Assembly: GCF_004010195.1 (NCBI RefSeq)
Contig: NC_057711.1
Coordinates: forward strand, 80,872,420 to 80,936,419
Direction of reading: 5' to 3'
DNA length: 64,000 nucleotides
Origin: Chiloscyllium plagiosum
Lineage: Eukaryota
In this document: in pieces, positions 25,448 through 39,109 of the stretch
Numbering within the stretch: position 1 is the stretch's first letter
Layout: every line of letters starts with the position of its first letter
Made by a program: the position numbers and the translations under genes
The notes under the pieces: generated by a model
The model's database searches: none
Told to the model about the DNA's origin: nothing
The model's input: the letters and a program-made list of their open reading frames with translations, nothing else

Positions 25448-28400
25448 CTAAAGGAAACCGGAAATGGGAAATAAATTCTGGCCTTGCTATCAATTTCACA
25501 TCCTATTAACAAATTGGAACAGAATATCTTTATGGAGTCTGATGGGGAACATTGGGGTTCAGTGATAGTAAGAACAAAAACATTTAATTGCAATACCAAC
25601 ACATGATGGGAAAGAGAGGGTGGAGAGAAACCTGGGCCTAAGAAAGATCAGATCAACGCATATATTCATTGAAAAAAAGACAGTAAAATCATGATAGTTT
25701 TCAAAAGATTAATAAATCGTTCTTTGATCTTTTTGACCTTAAAGTGTTTGAACAAATATTTGTGAAATCTTTAAGATTTGACTAAGTAGGAGCAAAAACA
25801 ATTGGTTGAGTTAAAATTGTTGGGGTTTAAGATACCTAATTAAGAGAATTATCTCAACTCAACAAATTCCGCTTTAAACACTGTGTCTAGGAATATCACA
25901 GATTAGAAAATTAAAGCAGCAAACAGAACTTTCAAACAGCTGCAAAAGTGCAGGCATGCACATGCACAGCTGTTTTTGTATTGCTGCCAGCACATCGAAA
26001 TCTGCTCCGTAATTTAAGTGGGACCAACTCCAGAACACTGGGAATTAATGTATCCAGAATACAGGCCATTTCCATTTTAACTACTCTATGTTATATATAA
26101 ACAGAGCAGAGAAAATGTACTTCTTACATCAGTGTACCAGGGGCCATTAAAAACTTCGATTGACAATGAGGCATTGATAATTCTAGGGCAGATGAGCTTA
26201 CTCGAGAGGATTAAATTAAACACAGGCTCTCTGTTAACAGTTGCTTCAGCCAATCCATTTAAATATGATTGTGCTGACTCTCAGTAAGTAGGTCAAATTA
26301 ATTATATCTCAGTTACATTGAAAAGAGCTTATGAAAAATGCCCATATAGCATCCACAATAATACCTTGTTATGCACATTCAAAGTTAAAATTTTAGTAAC
26401 GTGTTATCACTGTCAGAAGAGTTGTATTGAATAGGTTGGAAACTTTCTTTAAAAATTCAAAATAAGTTTAATACGTTGGCCTTGATCTTCTCGTCAATGA
26501 TTGCTAATGTCCTGGATGTTTTTACTGGCCTGACAATCCTGTCAATTGTTTGTAATGCTGAACCCTGAAGTGGAAATGGTCTGTGCCCACATTTCCTGGG
26601 TGAGTGCAGTACAATGAAGAAAGAGTTGTCCTGTTCCTGATTTACCATATTCAGCTAAGATTTTAAAGATTGAAGTCACTTAATTAATGTGTGGAATAGT
26701 GAACAACTAAATGGATGAGCGAAGGAATGGTAGGTGAATAGGTGCATGAGTACTGGGTGGGGGGGGGGGGGGGTTGATGTAGTAATCAAGTCAAGTCAGG
26801 ATGGTAATCGGTAATCAGGTGGTAGAGGATTAGTGCAATGGTCAGAGAGTAGCTAGAAGTCCAAAAGGTGATTGGGAGAGATAATTGTAGATTTAACTCA
26901 CTGTTAGTCAATTTGTTAATATTTCCTGAGAAAATATTGAGATAAGTACTGCATTTCTAACCCAAGTCTATGCCTAAGGCCTCAGACATTCATAGAGGGC
27001 TCAGAACAGCAGAGAATCAGCCTATTGGAAGCTTAGCTTTCAGACAATTCTGCATGTCTTCATGTCAGGCCCTCTGCACAGTCCTGACACATATCTCCTG
27101 ACATTCGTCCCATCTCCAACGATCTGGAGACAGGAAGGATTAGGCCATTGTTTCATTTCCGCTCAAAATCAAATGACATTCCCCATCTGATGTGTTGCAC
27201 TGTTTGATAACTGGGATTCAGGAAATGTACACAGTCAGTAGGATAGGAATTACTCTGATTTCCCTTCTGGCCTCCCACATTTTATGTTCACAGCTTAAGA
27301 CATGAGTATTGGGGAAGTTATACATTCCTTATAGTATTGATCAGACTTAGAAGAAGACTTCAATTATATCTTAATCACATTTTTTATTTCTTTCTTTCCC
27401 TTGAATTTTTTCACTCTTCCTCTTCTGAAGGCCCTGGGTTATAGCTCGATAGATATTTAGCTGATACTTTATCCAAGAGGGGCATTCTTCATGTAAACAA
27501 TGTGTAACTGTAAGTTATATGTCTGATGGTGGGAGGTACAATGCAGTCCTTCACTGCTATCTGCCAGTGGGTTTGAACTAGTAATAGGCAGCTGGAATGT
27601 GACCTATTGTTTCTCTTCTTCTATCTGTGCAAATTGAGCTCAACTTTCATGTCATCGTGACCACAGCAATTCAGATCAGCTCACTCAGCACTTCACCAAG
27701 ATGCTGCCAAGGCAATGTTGAGATTTCCAGCATATTATCTTATTAGCACTTGTTTTTTTTTTAAATCATTGTATTGACTGTGTTTACAAAACAAATTGCT
27801 TTTAAAAAAATAATAGGTCAGCAATGAAAATTCATGGCTTTTGAATAAATCCAGATAATAAAACGTTTTGAAACGGAAATTGCTTGGCAATTCTGGCAAA
27901 GTTCCTGCTCTAACTCAATGGAGGGGCTGATATTAAGAGACTTCGATTGATCTTGTTGGTCAGATTCAACCTCCACCTTTCCCAAAGAAGACATGGCGAG
28001 GAAAAAAAAAACCTGAGACTCCCTACTCAAGGTAAACAGTCTGAATCTGAAGTTCAGGTGAGTGGAAATTTATGTTTAAAAATTCTCAGGCCAGATTTTC
28101 AAATTTGAAATAGGAATCAGAGTTTGGAGGATTTCCTGCTGTTTTGATCCTGCCTTTTTACCTGTCCATGTCCAATTGCATTAGTTCCATTGTGAGGTAA
28201 TGGGGATGGCCAGGCAACCAACCTTAAGCAAAGCAGTGACAGAACTAGGTAATGCTAAGGCACCCAGGTTAAAAAAAGGTCTGCCTCTACTGACTCAGAC
28301 ATTGGCCCAGTTCATGTTATGAAAGTGAACCTAACCCCCACCCCCAACTCCCAGCCCTCATTTCTCTGCCCCACTGCCTTCCGGACTCCATATCCCTCCA

Positions 28401-30462
28401 GAATCCCATATCACATCAAACCTTAATATTGGGGGTACGTACAGAAATGCCAGATTTCGGTTCACCATTTTGAAAGCCAACCAAATGTAATTCAGCTCTG
28501 CATTGGGATTGGAAAATCTTTATGATAAGTTTTGATCCTTATATCCCAGTAGACAAACTGGTGCAATTTTAACATTTTTATTGATATTGTTCTACGTTTC
28601 TTGTATCAGTCAGATTCCGCAGAAACCTTTTCTCGTTTATTCACATAATCACAAAAAATGTAGCTGAAGTGATACTATGTTCATTCAGCTCATGCGAAGA
28701 AACAAAAATAAAATTAGTCACATAACGAGCTGTTCAAAATAATTTATTCATGATTCAAAAAACAAATGACAAATATAACTTTGCCACTCCACTTTCTGTT
28801 GCTCCAATGTCTCCTCAATCATGCAAAAACTAAGACCTTCAATCCAGATGCACTCTCAGTCACTGATAGACAATAGCATCCCTACATATCTCCCCACAGT
28901 ATAGTATTCAGGCCAACTTAGGCCTGACCTTCTTTGACTTAATGCAAGAAACAGATGCTGAGCAAATCAAAGGCATTTAGACAACACTATCCCTCCCTGG
29001 GATTATGGAACTGTCTACAGATCTCGTGCTCACTACCTCCCATATCCATTTACTCACTGCTTAATGTCTTCCCGTTATGCCTCTTTTGAGGTCATGGTGT
29101 TATTGTTTTAGATCTTTGCAAGAGAAAAGCAGCAGTCAGATGCTATTGAAAGAAAAGAGCATGTGGAATGATAAAGAAAATCCTAAAGTCATTGAGAAAG
29201 TAGATGAAAAAGGATGACAATAACAGACAGTAAAAAGTGAAACATGAAGAAAAAAAGATTATAACAGTTAATTCTGAAAAACAGAATATTGTTACATTTA
29301 ATCAGATGTAGTCTTGCATTCCTGATATGTGTTCACAATGAATGAAACTCTCTGCTAGAATCATTAATAATGATAATATAACTCAGAAAAAAAATAAAGG
29401 GAACAGAGATCAAAAGAGTGAGAAACATTGATAAAAAGAAGGCAGCACAGATGCAAAAGAAAATGTAGAGCTATTCAAAATATCTTGATGCAATCATTCA
29501 TACCAGGTGGACAACCATTTTGGAGATGTTTTTATTTCCCAAACCCAAAAAGTTCACAATCAGTAAGAACAATGCATTCAAAAATGATCAACATAATCAG
29601 CAAGTTTACAAGGTCCTATCTCGGCTCTAAGTCACCATAGTATTCAATGGACAAGCAAAATCTCAGAAGAGACAATTGCAAGACCTTGATGAAAAATAAA
29701 TTGGCTTAATATAGGCAATATATATGGAGCACGGAATTCCACATGCCAGACTACTCACATGTAAAACCCTGGGGAATTGACTAATCATATAAAAGATCCA
29801 TTTTACTGTACTATGAATGTTATTCAGACTTAAGTGAAAGGAACTGATTTTGGTTTCAGAGGGATTAGGTATTTCAGAGCCACAGGACTGATTACGTATC
29901 AATTTGGAAGAATAATGAGAAAGATAAATCATCACCGTTTTTCTTGCTCACCAAAAATTCTCACATAAAAATAAAATAGCTCTGCAAATCTTGTCATTCA
30001 CCATAATATTATAAATTCTAAGTTGTACTGAAAAAAAATTACAGAAAATACCAACAATAAAAGAAGTACCATTAGTGACTGGCTAAATTAAAAATCTAAA
30101 GCTAAAAATAATTTCATCAATTTAATGTAATTTAAATGCAAAATATCGCACAGAAATACTCTTGGTTAGTACCATCTACCTTGGGCAAAAAAAGCACTTT
30201 AAAAGGATTTGCTCAAAGCTGTCAGCAAACTTTTATTTAGGATACATAATGCAGAGCCTGAGATATGAGGTGAAAGCAGATTTAATCATAGCTTTCAAAT
30301 GGAATTTGAAAAATATCTAATAAAAAAAAGTAGAGGGCTAGAGGAAAAAGGCAAGGCTAAGGGACTAACTAATTTGATCGTCCACTCAGCAGGTGAAATG
30401 GCCACCCTCTGCACTGTAATCTTTCTACGATTCTAAGGTTCGCAAGGAGGGCAAAGAAATAT

Positions 30463-30799
30463 TGGCTAAGAGGTTAGCACTGTTGCCTCACAGTGCCAGG
30501 GACCTGGTTTTGATTCCAGCCTCAGGCAACTGTCTGTGTGAAGGTTGCACATTCTCCCCGTGTCTACATTGGTTTCCTCCGGGTGCTCTGGTTTCTTCCC
30601 AAAGTTCAAAGATGTGCAGGTTAGGTGAACTGGCCATGCTAAATTGTCCAGGGATGTGGAGGCTAGTTGGATTAGCATTAGGAAATGCAGGGTTACAAGT
30701 TGGGGTAGGTGGGGTCGGTCTGGGCAGGATGTTTTTTGGAGAAGTGGTATGGACTCGAGGGGCCAAATGGCCTACTTCCACCCTGTAGGGATTCTATGA
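30463..30799 (+). mobile_element. HE1-type V-SINE (tRNA head, V domain, CR1-derived tail)
   Basis: ggctaagaggttagcactgttgcctcacagtgccaggg...gtttcctccgggtgctctggtttc...tagggattctatga. Confidence 0.85.
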
Positions 30800-31765
30800 C
30801 AAAAGAAGATGTGCATTTAACCCTTCAAGTCTGCTTCAGCATTAGGATCATAACAGATCTGCTGTGCTTCTAGTGCCACTTTACCATTTGCACCCATAAC
30901 CCTTGGATCCCTTGACTATGAAAAATCTAACTCAAACTTGAATAAATCTAAAGGCCCAGGTTCTAATGCTTACTGAGGAAGAGAATTCTACACTGTAATG
31001 ATCCTCAGAGAAATAAAAATCTGCATCACATTTTGGCTCAATAATATATATGAGCCTTTCAGCTCAAAACATATCACTACTTTTTACATTATAAACAAAT
31101 AAAAGATCGACAGAAATTAGAGCAGCAGACCTTTTGTAAGAAACGCAAGTCTAACTGTGAATCATCACTTTCTATCCTTTTGGCTGAACCAAAACTCAAG
31201 TGTTGACATACAGAAAAAAATGTTGATTAACCCTATGTCCTATATTTCAGAGACCATGCTTTTTATGTCCTGCAGATTTCCGTTCACCATTATTTCCTTT
31301 GCATCATGTTGAGTGGAAGCCAACCTGGCTGCTTTATCTGAACCATGTTGTTTTCATTGTATTTCCAAAGAAGGTCAGCGTAGGTCTGGAGGGTTCATTA
31401 AGGTTGAATCTGCTTAATTTATTTCATGCTTGTAGTAAGTTAAGTAGATGAGAGAATTCATAAATAAGATGATAGAATTTAGATTATAGTTTTCCAAGAC
31501 CTTTTTATCTCAGTGGATGAAAGTTTTTTTTTCTTTCATTTGTTAGATGATGAAATCCGCTCAGTGTGATTTATGAAGGAACTTGAAGTGATTAGTTTCA
31601 CAGCACAGAAAATTCCTTGGGTTCAGAAGGATGTCCAATCTGTTACACCACAAACTGTTGACTGTATGAGAACATGAGCAGCTCTGCACTAAGGAGATTG
31701 TGTTGAGTTATTAAACACTTGTGCTAAAGCTGCTTATTGTTAATTCCCCGATGTCCTGCTGAACC

Positions 31766-31795
31766 GATCAGATCAAATCAGATCAGATTAGATCA
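31766..31795. repeat. (GATCA)6 imperfect microsatellite
   Basis: gatcagatcaaatcagatcagattagatca. Confidence 0.85.
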
Positions 31796-32895
31796 AAGAG
31801 CCTGGGAACCAGAGCTTTGAGCAGATTCATTTAATCAGTAAAAAGAACCTCAGAGGAGAGAGCAGTACCAGGATCACAGAAGATTAGAACAGAAAATATG
31901 AAACAACAATCAGATGAGCAACGTCAGTAAACCAAGAATGTTAAGCATGGGAAAAGCATATTAGCACACTGTTAAGTAACCTTTTAAGTGCTGCATTTCC
32001 AATGTAGCTCATCTAACAAATTACATAATTTCCATTGCGTTGCTTTCCCCATGCTATTTTTCAGTTATTAGAAGTAATAAATAAAAAGCAAGTTGCCTTA
32101 AAACACTGGTCTCTGAAATATAGAAAACCTCTCTACCAAGTGTGCATTCTCCGATAATTGTTCATGTCAAATACAATATGCAATGGGTATTAATATAGCT
32201 AGAATATGCAGCAGGCTTTTTAACAAAAGTTTTTGATCATTTTGCTCCTGTTTTAACTTCCTTGGTCTTGAAAGTGCTGAGTCATGGCAGGATATAGTTT
32301 GACAGACTGTGGCAGACTTATTACCCTTCATTTAGTAATAGTGGGCTCTGCAACTATATAAAGCATTGCACTCAAGCCCAATATTCCACCTTTATCATGC
32401 ACAGCGTATATTCTTCCCTATGGGATCTACTGGATAGTGAATAGGAAGAAAATGCCTGGCTGATTTTATGAAACCATTTTCTCATTATTGAAAATTTTGG
32501 AATTTTAAAAATAGTATTGATAAATTAATAACAATGTAAAGTCATATTGTTTCTGTAAACTACTTTGAAACTCTACCTAAATTTAACATGATAGATGCAA
32601 CAATTGAAGACCAATCAATGCATAGAATTTTCTTGCTCTCTGAACAACATGAGCAATGATGAGTCAGTTGGGAAAATATGAATATACTGAAAAAATTAGG
32701 TTCTCAATATTGGGGCGAAGCTTCCCAGTTTCCAACTTTAGTATTACCAGGGAGGTGAGAGTCTCACTAGCAAATGACGAGAGACCAATTTGTATGTATT
32801 AACTTGACATCACTACTGAATTTTACATCATTTAAATGCAGTTTGCTTTTTTTCCAGACAGTAGAAGAAGACTACATGGCGGCAATTCCCAAAAG

Positions 32896-35250
32896 GTCAT
32901 ACAGTCATAGAGATGTACAGCACGGAAACAGGGCCCTTCTGTATAACCCGTCCATGCCGACCAGATATCCCAACAATCTAGTCCTATTTGCCTGCACTTG
33001 GCCCATATCCCTCCAAACCCTTTCTAGCCCCATACCCATCCAGATGCCTTTTAAATACTGGAATTGTACCAGCCTCCACCACTTTCTCTGGAAGCCCATT
33101 TCATATACCTCTGTGAAAATATTGCCTGTTAGGTCCCTTTTAAATATTTTCCCTCACCCTAAACCTATGTTCTCTCGTTCTGGACTGCCCCCCAAACCCA
33201 GGGAAAAGACCTGGTCTATTTACCCTATCCATGCCCCTCATGATTTTATAAACCTCTATAAGGTCACCCCTCATCCTTCAACACTCCAGGGAAAACAGCC
33301 CTAGTCTATTCAGTCTCTCCCTATTCCTCAAATCTTCCAAACCTGGCAACATTCTTGTAAATCTTTTCTGAACCCTTTCAAGTTTCACAACATCCTTCCA
33401 CAATATTCCTAAAGTGGCCTAACTAACATCCTCTACAGCCGCAACATGAACTTCCTGCTGCTATACTCAATACTCTGACCAATAAAGAAAAGCATACCAA
33501 AATGCCTTCTTCACTATCCTATCTATGTGCGACTCTACTTTCGAGGAGCTATGAACCTGCACTCCAAGGTTTCTTTGTTCAACAACACTCCCTAGGACCT
33601 TACCATTAAGTGTATAAGTCCTGCTCTGATTTGCTTTTCCAAAATGCAACTCCTCGCACTTATCCAAATTAAACTCCATCTGCCACTCTTCAGCCCATTT
33701 GCCCATCTGGTCAAGATTCTGTTGGAATCTGAGGTAACCTTCTTCATTGTCCACTACACATCCAATTTTGGTGTCATCAGCAAGCTTACGGACTATACCT
33801 CCTATGTTCATATTGAAATAATTTATATAAATGACGAAAAGTAGTGGACCCAGCACCAATCCTTGTGCATACCACTGGTCATAGGCCTCCAGTATGAAAA
33901 GCAACCCTCTACCACCACCCTCTGTTTTCTACCTTCAAAACAGTTCTGTATCCATATAGTTAGTTCTCCCTGTATTTGATGAGACCTAATCTTGTTAAGC
34001 AGTCTTGGAATCTTGTTGAATGCATTACTGAAGTCCATATAGATCACACCGATCACTCTGCCCTCATCAATCCTCTTTGTTATTTCTTCAAAAAGCTCAA
34101 TCATATTCGTGAGGCATGATTTCCCACCAAATCCATGCTGACTATCCCTAATAAGTCCTTGGCTTTACAAATACAAGTAAATTTGTTCCTCAGGATTCCC
34201 TCTAACAACTTGCCCACCACCGATGTCAAGCTCACCAGTCTATAGTTCCCTGGCTTTTCCTTATCACCTTTCCTAAATAGTGGCATCACGTTTGCCAACC
34301 TCCAGTCTTCTGGTACCTCACATATGACTATTGATGATACAAATATCTCAGCAGAAGTCCCAGTAATCAATTTTCTAGCTTCCCAGAGAGTTCTAGGGTA
34401 CACCTGATCAGGTCCTGGGGATCTATCCACTTTTATGTGTTTCAAGACATCCAGCACCACCTCCTCTCTAGTATGGATATTTTTCAAGATGTCACCATTT
34501 ATTTCCCCACATTCTATATCTTCCATGTCCTTCTCCACAGTAAACACTGATGCAAAATACGCATTTAGTAGCTTCTCCATCTCCTGTGGATCCACACATA
34601 GGTTGCCTTGCTGATCTTTGGGGTGCCTGATGAAGGGCTTTTGCCCAAACTGTCAATTTTCCTGCTCCTTGGATGCTGCCTGACCTGCTGTGCTTTTCCA
34701 GCACCACATAACCTTGAGTCTGAGCTCCAGTATCTGCAGTACTCACTTCCACCTAGTTGATCCTGAGGTGCCTTATTCTCTCACTAGTTACCCATTTATT
34801 CTTAATGTATTTGTAAAAACCCTTTGGATTCTCCTTAACCCTATTAACCAAAGCTATTTCTTGTCCCCTTTTTGCCCTCCTGGTTTCCCTCTTAAGTATA
34901 CTTCTACTGCCTTTATACTCTTCTCAGGATTCACTCAATCTATCCTGTCCATACCTGACATATGCTTCCTTCTTTTTCTTTACCAAACGCTCAATTTCTC
35001 TAGTCATCCAGCATTCCCTACATCTACTAACCCTGCCTTTCACCCTAACAGGAAAAAAACTGTCTCTGGGCTCTCGCTATCTCATTTCTGAAGGTTACCC
35101 ATTTTCCAGCCATCCCTTTACTTGCGACCATCTGCCCCCAACCAGCTTTTGAAAGTTCTTGCTTACTACCATCAAAATTAACCTTCCTTCAATTTAGTAC
35201 TTCAACTTTTGGATCCTTATCCATCCCTATTTTAAAACTAATAGAATTAG
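32896..35250 (-). mobile_element. HER1-like CR1 LINE, 5'-truncated, degenerate ORF2 including RT
   Basis: ORFs 34101-34595 (SPGPDQVYPRTL, PEDWRLANV, NYRLVSLTSVVGK), 33823-34104 (YMDFSNAF) and 33467-33904 (QGLVLGPLLF...ADDTK). Confidence 0.92.
34626..34756 (+). mobile_element. ~130-bp PLE terminal fragment beginning at a hammerhead core, inserted in the CR1
   Basis: cctgatgaagggcttttgcccaaac... Flanked by imperfect duplication ctgatctttggggtgcc (34611-34627) / ttgatcctgaggtgcc (34757-34772). Confidence 0.8.
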
Positions 35251-35459
35251 AGTGGATACCCAGTAACTCACTGCTTGCTCCTGTTGGCCTCAGACATGAC
35301 CAGCATTGCCTGAAATCTCAGTGTGTGCTCCACAGGCAGCAACCACCTGTATCCTTTGTTCAAGTTGGTTGGCATTGGACACACACCAGCCTCATCATAT
35401 CATCATGGTACGTCAACTCACTTATAGAACAGTTCACCACTTTAAAATTGCACTTTCGG

Positions 35460-35900
35460 ATCACTGGCACCTTTCATTGTAATACTGCTGTTGCTGAGAC
35501 ATTCCAGGATTGGTAATGCTCAGATGTACTCCAGGCCAAACACTGCCAGCCAGGAAAAACCCTTTGCAGTACATGAAATGGGAGGGGAAAAAAGAAAAAG
35601 AAAAGCTTCTGAGGACACATAGGTGGCACGTTTCTTGTAAGTCCTGTTCCAAATGATAAAACAGTTCTGTGATGGTGTCCTGGGACATTCTCAGTCTGAG
35701 GCAATGCCACACCTAACTCATCTGTAGGATGGCAACTTGAAGATGGATGATAGATTCTTGGCATGCAGTACTTACTGCCCATCCTAAGGGGACCTTCGGC
35801 TGCAATATAGAGGCTGTTTAACAGCCTCTGGAGTTTACCGTTGGTCCTGGGCTTGCTGGCACATTTGTTCCTCCTCAATTTCTCTTTGATATTTTGTAGC
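35460..35900 (-). pseudogene. Degenerate PIF/Harbinger transposase N-terminal remnant
   Basis: RIYHP... and CLRLRMSQDTITELFYHLEQDLQ resemble the HARBI1-family C.RRLR.S...V.ELC.LL..DL motif. Confidence 0.5.
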
Positions 35901-36459
35901 CACAGTGATGATAATCCATGCTGTTGTCAGATCCATTAGTCACCTTTTTAATGAAGGTATATGGGGAGCATCAAACTTTAAAAAAGCAGATCCGTAGCAA
36001 TGTGAGCAGTCAGCATTCACATCACACACAAATGACACTTTAACATAGTTCTTGATACAGGTGGACACACAAGATTCCAACATGGAAAACCATCGAAGTG
36101 GGACCTTTGACATAGTGGACCTTATTCTAACGTCTGCCAGCACAAGTCACATCATGCAAACAGCATTGGATATTGTAAGTATGGTAGGATTACTGAAGCC
36201 TTGTCACCACTGTCAAATACTTACAGTTCAAAGTGAGTGGAAAACAGCTTCATGCACTTGTGCAGCCTATTTGACCTTGTCACGTGTGTCTTTATGAATT
36301 GTGGACCACAGACAGCACTTTTAAGGTCATGTGTAGTTACTTCTGCTTTACAGAGATGATTAGGATCATTTTTTAATGACCATTGACATGGTCAAGATGG
36401 CTTCTGACTAAGATTTGTATCTGATACAGTTAATTCTGTGAATAGTTATTTTTACCTCA

Positions 36460-36671
36460 TACGTCAAGTTAAGATTGCCATAGTCCCACTCTCTCATTAG
36501 AGAAAGATGTCTGATGGTGGGTTTAACTTGAGGCTCACCAGGTAAGGGGTGACGTTGAGAAAGCAGGACCTTCATGGTGACCTCAGCTGGACTGAGAATT
36601 GAACCTATGTTGTTGGTGACACTCTGTATCACAAACCAGCCAAAAAGCCAACTGAGCTACCCAATTCCCCC
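36460..36671 (-). mobile_element. Short tRNA-derived SINE
   Basis: Minus strand ggggaattgggtagctcagttgg (A box) ... ggttcaattc (B box). Confidence 0.7.
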
Positions 36672-38309
36672 ACCTATACTGCAAAAGTACTTGATTAATA
36701 TAAATGCCCCTTGAAGGGACTCCTATCACTCACAAGTAGACTCCACATGCTTAGACAGAAAACAAATTAAACTTACTCTGCCCAATCCATCTATGGTTGC
36801 CACCATTTTTCATTTCTATTGCACTTTTGCAATTCTGATGATGATTTAAGATGACACAAGTTTCACTTCATAGACCCAGTTTCAGGCTCAACCTGTCAAT
36901 CTATGTGAACCCCATGTTCCTTTCTTTTATTTAAATCTTCATGTCCTAATTTTACCCCTTAAGGTAAAAAGACCTATAACTTGGTTATACTATCCAATGT
37001 GATGCACTGTCCCTCCTGTCGAAGCCAAGATAGTCAGTGAGCCCCAATACTGCAGTAACCTTCACTGCTGTCCAATGCACTATTGTCTCCCAAACTTATA
37101 TTTCAAGTTGCCACACTTCACAATTATTGTCCTTTCTCCATCACAGCTTGTTGCCCTATCCCTATAATTGACTTCTTCAACCTGACCACCACAGCAGTGA
37201 CCTCTGACCACCCTCCTTGATTTTAAATGAGTAGACCCTTGGACTGATCACTGCCCACCTCCTGACTGACTCAGGAGGACAGTCCCAATGATGGGTGTCA
37301 AAACCCCTGACTGAAATCTGCACAGCTCCACAATTGGACGACCGTTATGCCCTAGACTGGCCGCACTGGACCTGCAGGACTGACAATGGCCCACACTCCC
37401 TGGATTGTAATGATACGGAATGCCTGCCCCAGGACACCCAAAGCAGCCGACAGACTGTGTCCAACTCCCTGCACCATGATCAGAAGATGCCCTTGACTGA
37501 TTTGGTGGGATCCCTGATTGAACATAGACTTCTCTCCGTCTTGAAAAGTGGAGTATTCCTCTTAGACTTTGGTTAAAGCACATGCAATATGTGTGACCTA
37601 GGCTGCTGGCACATGTTGCAGGTGTGAGATTGTATGGTCCCACACTGCAACATGTTGACTCCTTTGACCGATCACTGCTGATACATGTGACCTTGGCCTT
37701 GTGTTTTAAGGGTGTAAGTTTCAAATAAGGCAACAAAACACAAAAAGCCAAAGCAGAGCAATGCAGAGATGCTATGAGCACCCAAGTAGGTGCAAAGTGA
37801 GTGAGCGCTGGGAGAGCAAAGCTAAAAGCCCTAAAATGCACCGTTGTCTGATGTATGAGATGGATGCTTGTCCACTCCAGCTTTTACTGACACCGGCCAA
37901 CCTACTCGGGGTTCTTTGGAATTCCACTTCAAATGCTTCTGAGCCCATGATCTCTTTTGTGCATCAATGTCCAAAATGCAGGTCAGTTGGTGCCCTTAAA
38001 AAGACCCGATCCTTTGTTGTAAAGAAAACACTTAAACAGAGTATCACATTGAACCTCCACAAGAAAAGCAAGACTTCTTCACAATATTTGTAATTAAATA
38101 TCCAAGATAAGAAGTTTATGGTATACAATAGCACAATGTCCAAAGCAATCAAAGAAATAGCAAAGTTAGATCTTAAGCATAATTTGTACTTGTAAACAAA
38201 AATCCTTTCATGTGATTAGATTCATGGTGAAACTTAGTTTACAGAAATGGAAAGTGTTTTAATTAAAGCCTAAAGGTTTACATTAGTTTATGAAAGAAGG
38301 AAATGTTAA

Positions 38310-39050
38310 TGAATAAATACATGTAAATAGTGCCTTTCACAACTTCAGAATGTCCCAATATGCTTTATAGTTGATTTGCACCTTTTCAAGTGTAGTCACT
38401 CTTGTAATGTTGAAAAGTTTGGTTCTAATTTAAGTGGTCAGAAGTTCCACAAGCATCAATGAAATCATGACTAGATAAGCTTTTTGTAGTAATGTTGATC
38501 AATATACAAATATTAAACAAGGCACCAAGAAGAACTCATCTCATCTTTAAATGATCTAGTGGGATTGTTTGTCAAGAGGTGAGAAATGGCCTTCGCTTTT
38601 AACTTGATTCAACAATGCTTATGATAACATAAGAAATTAGGTGCAGGTATCATGGTATGGAATAACTTAACAGGCATTTATTGGAAGTAACTGTTATGTA
38701 TAAGCATTGCATTCTTCACACACCTAAGTGTCTGGGCTAACACTAAACTATCAGGTTATAACAGAGCAGCATGCTTCCAGTACAGAGTTATGCTTCAAGT
38801 GATCTAAGGTAAGATGGAGCATGAGGTCTTTATACACTCAGGTCACATGCTATGATACAGTGATGACATCATGAGCATGAGTCTTAAATATACACTGATA
38901 TACTAATGTTAAGGTATAACAAAACAGTTTATGAGCTCACCAAAATCATTACTTTTTCAGCACAGCAGCACTGAAGTACCAGAATGATTATGTACTCAAA
39001 TTTCTAATTCTTTGGGCTTGAATCCACAAATGTCTAGCTCATGGACAGGA
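38310..39050 (-). mobile_element. Deu-domain SINE (SacSINE1-like), split by a ~300-bp insertion (about 38623-38928)
   Basis: atagtgcctttcacaac...aagtgtagtcact...gtgggatt...ggccttcgcttttaac, resuming with cagcactgaagt...gggcttgaatccaca (tRNA B-box reverse complement). Confidence 0.55.
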
Positions 39051-39109
39051 GAATAATATCTTTTAACTTAGAAGGAAGTCTAAAAAAACTGAAGATCATA
39101 ACAAAACAA

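Noticed and set aside
36590..36671. tRNA gene candidate (also the HE1 heads at 30463 and 63670)
   Set aside because: A/B boxes are present but there is no complete cloverleaf, and the sequence continues into a SINE body.
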